A stretch of 64,000 nucleotides of DNA from contig OY970310.1 of assembly GCA_963716425.1 (NCBI GenBank), forward strand, positions 1,606,807 through 1,670,806, read 5' to 3'. This DNA is from Candidatus Babeliales bacterium (GTDB lineage: Bacteria > Babelota > Babeliae > Babelales > JBFXEV01). Under the pieces are notes generated by a model. The model saw only the letters and a program-made list of their open reading frames with translations, was not told the DNA's origin and searched no databases. Within the stretch, counting starts at the first letter, position 1. Each line of letters starts with the position of its first letter. A program made the translations under genes and the position numbers. Shown here piece by piece: positions 55,755-62,777 of this stretch.

Positions 55755-56837
55755 GTGCATATAACCAATCTGCTTATTAAAAATCTACGGTGCTTCAAAG
55801 AGTATACTCTACATCTTGAGGCACCCATTGTTTTGCTGTGCGGCAATAACGGCTCGGGCAAAACTTCTATTCTTGAAGCATTGCATTATGGCTGTTATTT
55901 GCGCTCATTCCGCACTCATTTGCCCCGTGAGCTTATTGCACATGGGCAAGATACCTTCTTTATTAATATTCAATTTAAAGCACAAGGCCAAATGCATGAG
56001 TTGCAAGTAGGTTTTAGTCAAACAGCAAAAAAGCGGCTTGTAAAAATTGATCAGCGCGCAATTCAAACATATAAAGAATTAACTGCTCGCTACCGCATTA
56101 TCACGCTCACAAGCGATGATTTGGCATTAATCCATGAAGGGCCAGAGCTCAGGCGTACTTTTATTGACCAAGCACTTGCGCTTGCCGATCCTGAATATGG
56201 CACACTGCTGCGAAAATATAAGCAAACTGTTGCCAACCGAAATGCACTGCTTTATAAAGGAAACATAAATCAAGAGTTGTATGAAACGTGGACACATCAG
56301 CTATGGCAGCAATCACAGCAGCTTCAAGATATACGGCGCACGCAGCTTGACGTGCTCCAAATGCATACCAATAGATTGCTCAGTGAATTTGTGAGTGAAA
56401 CGGTACGCATTACATTCACCTATAAGCCGCGTCTTATTGCGGATGCCCAGACCTGTGAGCAGTTCTTAAAAAATAAGCCTATGCTCTTTGAGCAAGAGCG
56501 CGCGATCGGCAGGTCACTCTTTGGGGCCCATCTAGATGACATAGCCATTCATTTTCAGGAAAAAGGATCAAAGGCCTTTGCTTCCCGGGGCCAACAAAAG
56601 CTTATTGTGCTGCTACTCAAGATTGCCCAGCTTCAAGAGCTGGTGGCCCTTAAGGGACCCTCAATATTGCTTGTGGATGACTTTATGACCGATTTTGATA
56701 CTGACCGTATACAGCGGCTTCTTGCCATGCTTGAAAGTCTGAATTGCCAGCTTATTCTGACCAGCCCTACAGGTTCAGGGGACCTTCCTGATACATTGCG
56801 CCAGATGGGGGCTCAAATAGCCTGTCTTTCTCTCTGA
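55755..56837 (+). CDS. recF: DNA replication and repair protein RecF
   Basis: GTG start. Walker A GNNGSGKTSILEAL, signature SRGQQKL, Walker B ILLVDDFMTDFD. Confidence 0.92.
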   Translation: MHITNLLIKNLRCFKEYTLHLEAPIVLLCGNNGSGKTSILEALHYGCYLRSFRTHLPRELIAHGQDTFFINIQFKAQGQMHELQVGFSQTAKKRLVKIDQRAIQTYKELTARYRIITLTSDDLALIHEGPELRRTFIDQALALADPEYGTLLRKYKQTVANRNALLYKGNINQELYETWTHQLWQQSQQLQDIRRTQLDVLQMHTNRLLSEFVSETVRITFTYKPRLIADAQTCEQFLKNKPMLFEQERAIGRSLFGAHLDDIAIHFQEKGSKAFASRGQQKLIVLLLKIAQLQELVALKGPSILLVDDFMTDFDTDRIQRLLAMLESLNCQLILTSPTGSGDLPDTLRQMGAQIACLSL

Positions 56838-56962
56838 AAAGAAGATTGAAAAAAAATATGCCTTTTTCTATATAATTGTTGACATCAGGGTAAATAAGGT
56901 ATACAGTTGTAATTGTTCGTTGAAATTAGTGCAAGGATTCACAAAAAAATAAATTTAATTTA

Positions 56963-56990
56963 TTGACATTTGCAGAATTTAGGGCATAAT
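56963..56990 (+). promoter_or_regulatory. Candidate sigma-70-type promoter of an orphan short transcript
   Basis: TTGACA (56963..56968), a 16-nt spacer, then CATAAT (56985..56990), in an A/T-rich context. Confidence 0.45.
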
Positions 56991-56996
56991 TGATAG

Positions 56997-57116
56997 TGAA
57001 CATGTCGAAGGACAAAGTATCTAGTATACAGGATCTCGACAACTTTAACTAAGGCTTCATTACTACTCTCCTTTTTTCCATCGCATTGAACTTGTTTCAA
57101 TGCGATGGTTTTTTTT
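56997..57116 (+). ncRNA. Candidate ~120-nt small RNA, or transcript of a 16-codon micro-ORF; ends approximate
   Basis: Bounded by the promoter at 56963..56990 and a perfect terminator at 57078..57116. It contains the micro-ORF 57002..57052 (MSKDKVSSIQDLDNFN*) with no clear RBS. I recognise no known RNA family. Confidence 0.35.
57078..57116 (+). terminator. Strong rho-independent terminator
   Basis: CCATCGCATTGAA (57078..57090), loop CTTGT, TTCAATGCGATGG (57096..57108), then T8 (57109..57116). A perfect 13-bp stem. Confidence 0.85.
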
Positions 57117-57219
57117 GGCCCATTTTCTTTACTACCCCATAAGGCAAGCAGCCTGGAAATCGACAGGAGTGCCTCCTGGGGATAAACTGGTAAGAGCAGG
57201 GTGACAGTCCCTTGCTGTA

Positions 57220-57247
57220 TTGACAAATAGAATTATTAATGTATGCT
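57220..57247 (+). promoter_or_regulatory. Candidate promoter for the ANK/F-box-like array
   Basis: TTGACA (57220..57225), a 16-nt spacer, then TATGCT (57242..57247), about 48 nt upstream of the ATG at 57295. Confidence 0.4.
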
Positions 57248-57294
57248 AAAGAATATATGTTTAAAATTGAGTTATTCAAAAAAGCGGGGTTTTT

Positions 57295-58053
57295 ATGAAA
57301 AGCATGACTAACCTGATTTTCTCATGTGTCATCTCCCTCACTCTTAGTAACGCGCATGGCACGCTTAATGCCATGGAGAAATTTCGCTCATCACCATTAA
57401 AACGCTCAAGGGTTGAAAATGGTGCGCAAGTTGTTCCTTCAAAAGTAGATTATATAGCTGCTCTTGACGCAGCGCTTTTAACGGTTGATGATGATGGTAC
57501 CACGGTGTTGCATGCGGCAGCGGGTGATGGCAATCTTGTAATGTGCCGTGACCTCTTGGCGCGGGGTGCAAGCCCGTTGTGGCAAAATAAATTAGGCCTA
57601 TCGCCAATGCATTGTGCAGTAGCCGGTAATCATTATGAAGTAGTGCAGCAACTTCTTGATGGTATCCCAAACGGAGCAAAGTGTGAGCGAGTAGTTGCGA
57701 CATTGTGTATACTGCGACGCTATCACATTCCACTGGACCTTAGACTAACAGTACTTTCATATCTGCCTGATCTTATTGCCGCATATCCTGGGCTATGCAA
57801 GCGATTAGTTCCAAACTATATTACTGAAGAGCAATTACGTAGTGCACACTACGCTTCTCAAGTAAAACTTCTTAAACTGCAAGACAAAGAAGGCCGTTCA
57901 GCTTATAGCATTGCAAAAAATAATAGAAATGGTTTTATGGCACGCATGACCAATCCTTCAAATAGAATGGCAGCATGTAAAGAAAAAATCACTCACTTGT
58001 TAGAAGATACTACTCCTGCTGACTCAAAAGAAAATAAAGAATCATCATTATGA
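57295..58053 (+). CDS. Leader-bearing ANK protein with F-box-like module (array member 1)
   Basis: Leader ...LTLSNAHGTLNAM|EK. ANK: GTTVLHAAAGDGNLVMCRDLLARGASPLWQNKLGLSPMHCAVAGNHYEVVQQLL. F-box-like: VVATLCILRRYHIPLDLRLTVLSYLPDLI. Confidence 0.75.
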   Translation: MKSMTNLIFSCVISLTLSNAHGTLNAMEKFRSSPLKRSRVENGAQVVPSKVDYIAALDAALLTVDDDGTTVLHAAAGDGNLVMCRDLLARGASPLWQNKLGLSPMHCAVAGNHYEVVQQLLDGIPNGAKCERVVATLCILRRYHIPLDLRLTVLSYLPDLIAAYPGLCKRLVPNYITEEQLRSAHYASQVKLLKLQDKEGRSAYSIAKNNRNGFMARMTNPSNRMAACKEKITHLLEDTTPADSKENKESSL

Positions 58054-59060
58054 AACAATTAGCCTTCGCATTATTACTTTGTATTTCTTCATGCAAACTC
58101 ATGTGCATGGAATCTTTAGCAAAAAAAGATACAACTACTACACAAGATATAATAACCTGTTTAAAAGCATGTAGATTAGGCGATCTCTCTACTGTACAAA
58201 CTATGCATCAAAAGGGGGTACAATTAGATAAACCTCTTGGCCCTCCCTTTGTAGAATATGGCTATGAAGGTTCTTCATTCTTGCTGTGGTCAGTGCGCCA
58301 TCCTGATTTGGTAACATTTCTTTTAAAATATGCCCCTGCACATGCTCCCGATGATGAGCAGCATACGCCACTGGCTGAAGCAATATGTCATGTGCAACCA
58401 AGAACGGTTGTGCTATTATTAGAACATGGGGCTAAACCGGCTTATACTGATCTTTCACTCAATAGTTCTTTGCATGAAGTAGCACGCAGTGCAGGCCAGG
58501 GATTTTTAGGAGTCGATTTGCCACCTCAAGAAAAAATGAGGCGTGCATGTGGGATCATTCACCTACTCAAAACAAAAAATGCACCTTTATTTTTGCAAAA
58601 TAGGGCACTGGATACACCATTCCATTTGGCTGCTCCATCAAAAGATCATGATATTATGGTGAGTTTATTGTTGCCTGCAGAGTCAGCACAATTAAAGGCT
58701 GATGCTCGTGCGCGATTTTTTACGTTTCTTTGCGTAAATAAACGACTTGCAAACGTGCAGGATAAAATGCTAGAATTACCAAAGGAACTCGTACATGGAA
58801 TATTTTCATATATGCCTATTGAATGTACCTACGCACGGATAGATGGTATAAGGGCAGATGTTTCAAACTTTATTGAAGAACTATATTCTCTTTCTTTTGA
58901 AGATAAAATAGTTCTTATTAATAGAGTATTAGTAGATGTTGATCGCAATATGTTACTGCAAACTCTTCAAACGCCAAATGTACGCGGGCTGACACCAATG
59001 CAACTTGCAACCGATCAAAATGTAAAGAAATTGTTTGACCCAGAGACCTGGAAAAAATAA
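58050..59060 (+). CDS. Leader-bearing ANK protein with F-box-like module (array member 2)
   Basis: Leader MKQLAFALLLCISSCKLMCM|ES. FFTFLCVNKRLANVQDKMLELPKELVHGIFSYMPIECTY. Tail TDQNVKKLFDPETWKK. ATGA overlap with member 1. Confidence 0.8.
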   Translation: MKQLAFALLLCISSCKLMCMESLAKKDTTTTQDIITCLKACRLGDLSTVQTMHQKGVQLDKPLGPPFVEYGYEGSSFLLWSVRHPDLVTFLLKYAPAHAPDDEQHTPLAEAICHVQPRTVVLLLEHGAKPAYTDLSLNSSLHEVARSAGQGFLGVDLPPQEKMRRACGIIHLLKTKNAPLFLQNRALDTPFHLAAPSKDHDIMVSLLLPAESAQLKADARARFFTFLCVNKRLANVQDKMLELPKELVHGIFSYMPIECTYARIDGIRADVSNFIEELYSLSFEDKIVLINRVLVDVDRNMLLQTLQTPNVRGLTPMQLATDQNVKKLFDPETWKK

Positions 59061-59063
59061 TTA

Positions 59064-60281
59064 ATGACAAAAAAACTATGCCTGTTAATCATGCTAACGT
59101 TTTACACAGCATCGTTAGTGAGTATGGAGTCACATCCAATCTCTATGCTGCATCAAGCGTGTTTGTCAGGTAATGTAGAAAGAGCAACGCAAGCACTCAA
59201 CCAACGAGTTGATCCTAACCAGACACTTTTTGTTGTTGTACCTGGCCCACAGCCCAGACGTATTGTAAGTTCTTTCTTGCACTGTGCTGCCTCCTGTGGC
59301 CATTGTAGCATTGTAACATTATTACTTGACCGCTGTGCCTTAATAGATCTAAATGATGGTATGGGCTATTCTCCTCTTGCAGCTGCCCTTATGGCAAATA
59401 AACCTGATGTTGCTGACTTACTAATCCGTAAGGGTGCCGATATTGAAAAGAGATCTTTCAGGGGTTGCACGCCTCTTGGAATTACCATGGTAACCTGCAA
59501 CGCGTTACTTGCCGATTGCCTTATTAAGGCAGGGGCAAATGTTAATAATATCTATCCTGATGGCGGCAATACTTTACATTTATTATTACATACGCTTGCA
59601 AAACGTGAACTTGCTCCGCCGCACGCCAAAGATCATGTCCTTGATATCATTGAATCACTCAGAAATTCCGACATTGAATTAGATGTGCAAGATGTAGAGG
59701 GTAATACACCGTTTCATCTGGTAGCAGATGATCCGAGCTTACTGTGCAGCTTGTTAGCGCCACTTACCACTGCTCAAGTTGCACAAAAGAAGCCACAGCG
59801 CACCAGAAGCTGCTTATCGTGTACCACGATAGCTACTACGCTGCGTAACGTTATCTATGGAAAAGTTCCTGAAGCTGCAAACTCCATTTCGCTTAAAACA
59901 AAAGCCCAACAGCGACTTATTGCTTTCTTATGGATTAATAAACCGCATGTAGCATCTAAGCATGGTTTGCCAAGTTTGCCAGAAGAAGTAGTATATGGAA
60001 TATTCTCACATATGCCGATTGAGTGTACATATGGTGGGCTAGAAGACAGAATTGTCCCACATTACATTACTAAATCAGTTTTTAGACAACGGTTTCTTGA
60101 TGCGTGTTTGCCTCAAATGCGCGCTCTTATAAACATAGATAGAACCGGCATATCGCAACGTAAGCTAGTGCGTGTGCTACAAAGAGTAAACAATGAGCAG
60201 AAAACAGCTGCAGAAATTGCAACTGATCCAGATGTGAAAAAACTACTTGATCCTAAAACGTGGCAAACACCAAAGGAATAA
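59064..60281 (+). CDS. Leader-bearing ANK protein with F-box-like module (array member 3)
   Basis: Leader MTKKLCLLIMLTFYTASLVSM|ES. ANK: SFLHCAASCGHCSIVTLLLDR, GYSPLAAALMANKPDVADLLIRKGADI. LIAFLWINKPHVASKHGLPSLPEEVVYGIFSHMPIECTY. Tail TDPDVKKLLDPKTWQ. Confidence 0.8.
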   Translation: MTKKLCLLIMLTFYTASLVSMESHPISMLHQACLSGNVERATQALNQRVDPNQTLFVVVPGPQPRRIVSSFLHCAASCGHCSIVTLLLDRCALIDLNDGMGYSPLAAALMANKPDVADLLIRKGADIEKRSFRGCTPLGITMVTCNALLADCLIKAGANVNNIYPDGGNTLHLLLHTLAKRELAPPHAKDHVLDIIESLRNSDIELDVQDVEGNTPFHLVADDPSLLCSLLAPLTTAQVAQKKPQRTRSCLSCTTIATTLRNVIYGKVPEAANSISLKTKAQQRLIAFLWINKPHVASKHGLPSLPEEVVYGIFSHMPIECTYGGLEDRIVPHYITKSVFRQRFLDACLPQMRALINIDRTGISQRKLVRVLQRVNNEQKTAAEIATDPDVKKLLDPKTWQTPKE

Positions 60282-60283
60282 AC

Positions 60284-61426
60284 TTGATAAAAAATTGTCG
60301 CTTCTTTCTTCTTATTTTAATGAACATAACAAATATGATTTCTGCAATGGACAGCACGCATACTATTAAACAAATGCTTGAGGCATGCCAAAACGATGAT
60401 ATACAAAAAGCAACTACTTTGCTGGATGCTGGATTTAATGTAAATACAGTATTACAGGGAGCTGACCCGTTTTCTAATAAAGAACCCGTAGTATCATATG
60501 CATTCCACCGATGTACTTTATTGCATTGGGCGGCAAAGGAAGGTAAAGTAGATTTTGCGCGTACTCTGCTTCTGCGCGGAGCAAACAAAAACGCACGAGA
60601 TTATTTTGGCAATACCCCTTTAGTGTATGCAATAAAAGCAGTAAGTCCTGTATTTGATCTACTGCTTGATGAGGGAGCCGATATTGTTACGCCCATGATT
60701 CAAATGGATGATTGTAGGCCCATTGATATTGCAGTGAACAGTTTACAGCCACGTATGGTTAAAAAATTAATTGAGCGGGGAGGGGATGTTCTTAAGGCAT
60801 CTTTAAACAAATTGCGGTTCAAATCTTTAGGATACGCGTTAATGACACTAGAGTGTGAGAAAATTGAGAAGACATTTGGTCTTGAAAACCCAGACTATGT
60901 GGAAACTTGCGCACTTGATATAATAGAATTATTGCGAACACATGGTGAGTTACATAGCCCATATCTTGAGCATGAGGGCACTGTTTTCCATGATCTTGGA
61001 CAGCTTAAGACTAAGCGTTATGTATGCGCTCTTATAGCACCGCTTATGCATGAAGGCAAGCGTAAAGAAGCATATGCACGCCTCTTTGCGTTTTTGTGTG
61101 TAAATAATCGATTTGGGCATTTACGGCTTCCCAGAGAAGTTTACCATCGTATTTTTTCACATTCGCCTATTGATTGTAAATATAGTGGGCTCGAAGAAAC
61201 ATTTGTGCCAAAAGAAGAAAGACGCCAACAAAGAACACGCTTTCTAGACGAGTGTTGGCCTTTATTGCCTTCTTTAGTATCACAAGAAGAAGCAGCATTA
61301 TTGTATGGTACACTTTCCATAAAAACACCACTTGGCAAGCAAGCGTCTGAGCTCACCAAAGACCCCGAAATGCAAAATATGCTTAATCCAAAGACGTGGA
61401 AACACTTAGCAGTAACCGATCTTTAG
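60284..61426 (+). CDS. Leader-bearing ANK protein with F-box-like module (array member 4)
   Basis: The start is uncertain. TTG at 60284 gives (M)IKNCRFFLLILMNITNMISAM|DS, like its neighbours; the ORF track starts at GTG 60260, inside the previous gene. TLLHWAAKEGKVDFARTLLLRGANKNARDYFGNTPLVYAI; LFAFLCVNNRFGHLRLPREVYHRIFSHSPIDCKY; tail KDPEMQNMLNPKTWK. Confidence 0.7.
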   Translation: MIKNCRFFLLILMNITNMISAMDSTHTIKQMLEACQNDDIQKATTLLDAGFNVNTVLQGADPFSNKEPVVSYAFHRCTLLHWAAKEGKVDFARTLLLRGANKNARDYFGNTPLVYAIKAVSPVFDLLLDEGADIVTPMIQMDDCRPIDIAVNSLQPRMVKKLIERGGDVLKASLNKLRFKSLGYALMTLECEKIEKTFGLENPDYVETCALDIIELLRTHGELHSPYLEHEGTVFHDLGQLKTKRYVCALIAPLMHEGKRKEAYARLFAFLCVNNRFGHLRLPREVYHRIFSHSPIDCKYSGLEETFVPKEERRQQRTRFLDECWPLLPSLVSQEEAALLYGTLSIKTPLGKQASELTKDPEMQNMLNPKTWKHLAVTDL

Positions 61427-61452
61427 CCATGATTCTATGAAATTATAAAACT

Positions 61453-62691
61453 ATGATTAAAAAAATATTCCTGTTTCTATCGTTCATAACGGCTTCAGTG
61501 CAGTTATTTTGCATGGAGCCGAATCATGCCTTGGTTCCTCGGGGTCAACGGCAACGGGCAGCTCATCAAGATAATGCAGAACAAATCAAAGAATTATGGC
61601 TTGCGTGTAAAAATGGCGATGAAGCTAAAGCTGCTCAATTACTGCAAGCAGGTGTGAGTGCCAATACTAGGTTGTTTTTTGGTGCTCCACTTGATGAAGA
61701 AGGGTGTGATGATACCACCTATTTGCATTATGCAGCAAGTGGCGGCCATCTGAACATTGTTGATCTCTTGTTTGCTCATCGCGCTCATACAAATCCGCGT
61801 GACCAAAATGGATGGATTCCGCTGATTAGTGCTCTTGCAATGGGCCATGAAGCAGTTGTAGATCGCTTGATTGCAAGAGGAGCACAGGTAAATAGTATTG
61901 ATGCTTTTTTAGGGCATAGGCCAATTGCTACACCTGTGCAGTGTTTGAATCCTCGCTTAGTGAGCATGTTACTGAAAGCGGGAGCTGTAGTAATACCGCC
62001 TATCATGACGTTCCATAACAATGTGCCTTTACAAGTTATATATCAAGGTAGCGCCTTACATATACTCTGTGAGCGTTTGCAACATAGACCTTTATATACA
62101 CCGGAATATGATACACAAGAAACTGAAGATCGCGCGCTTGAAATTATCGAGATAGTGCGGGCTCATGGGATTAATATGAGCCATCAAGATATCAACAACA
62201 ATACGGTTTTCCATGCAGCTGCTCGATTGAATGATAGAAGAATAATGGCTGCTTTGATGGTAAGCACTAACTATACTAAACCTATTAGACAAGCGGCTTT
62301 GGCAACGCTGAAAGCTTTATTGCTTGTAAATCAAAGAACTGTATCTAATGGTAGTGTATCTGCAGTATTACCTCAGGAGGTCGTCTTTCGCATATTTTCA
62401 CATATGCCTATTGAATGCAAACAAGCTGGCATTACATCGCTTATAGTTCCGCATTGTACAACTGCAGTGGCAATGAGAACAAGGTACCTTGATGCTTGTT
62501 TGGCTGATTTGAAAAAGCATAGTTGGCATACCGTTTTGGCTGATTTGAAAAAGCATAGTTGGCATACCGTTCCTGAAGTTCAAACTTTGCTTAAAGTTCT
62601 TGGTATCCTCAATAGTGCTCAAAAGCAAGCATGTGATTTAACTCAGGATGCTTACTTACAAAATGTGCTCAATCCTATTTGTTGGTATTAA
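61453..62691 (+). CDS. Leader-bearing ANK protein with F-box-like module (array member 5)
   Basis: Leader MIKKIFLFLSFITASVQLFCM|EP. TYLHYAASGGHLNIVDLLFAHRAHTNPRDQNGWIPLISALAMGHEAVVDRLIARGAQVN; LKALLLVNQRTVSNGSVSAVLPQEVVFRIFSHMPIECKQ; tail QDAYLQNVLNPICWY. Confidence 0.8.
   Translation: MIKKIFLFLSFITASVQLFCMEPNHALVPRGQRQRAAHQDNAEQIKELWLACKNGDEAKAAQLLQAGVSANTRLFFGAPLDEEGCDDTTYLHYAASGGHLNIVDLLFAHRAHTNPRDQNGWIPLISALAMGHEAVVDRLIARGAQVNSIDAFLGHRPIATPVQCLNPRLVSMLLKAGAVVIPPIMTFHNNVPLQVIYQGSALHILCERLQHRPLYTPEYDTQETEDRALEIIEIVRAHGINMSHQDINNNTVFHAAARLNDRRIMAALMVSTNYTKPIRQAALATLKALLLVNQRTVSNGSVSAVLPQEVVFRIFSHMPIECKQAGITSLIVPHCTTAVAMRTRYLDACLADLKKHSWHTVLADLKKHSWHTVPEVQTLLKVLGILNSAQKQACDLTQDAYLQNVLNPICWY
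62500..62571 (+). repeat. Perfect in-frame 36-bp tandem duplication inside array member 5
   Basis: TTGGCTGATTTGAAAAAGCATAGTTGGCATACCGTT occurs at 62500..62535 and again at 62536..62571, giving LADLKKHSWHTV twice. Confidence 0.95.
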
Positions 62692-62777
62692 TTTCTGCTT
62701 GCATTCTCAACGTATGTACGATTATTCCTTCGTGTGCTAGACTACCAAGTAGGGTACTAGCGCATGAAGGGATAGTC

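Noticed and set aside
57135-57181. The hairpin contains AAGGCA and AGCAGCC strings reminiscent of SRP (4.5S) RNA domain IV
   Set aside because: The order of the elements is wrong, there is no GNRA/GGAA tetraloop in the right place, and the helix is too short. I could not fit the SRP consensus on either strand.
56960-57226. 88-aa minus-strand ORF in the recF-ANK intergenic region
   Set aside because: It runs through a perfect + strand terminator hairpin and a + strand promoter, has no RBS or homolog, and is more likely non-coding.
53128-62691. Leaders ending in Cys-Met (LLCM, LMCM, LFCM, AMCM, ALCM) as lipoprotein lipoboxes
   Set aside because: The residues before Cys (L-M, L-F, L-L, A-M) do not fit L-[AS]-[GA]-C. 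The Cys occupies the same position as Ala/Ser/Gly in paralogs, so it is better read as the -1 residue of a type I site.
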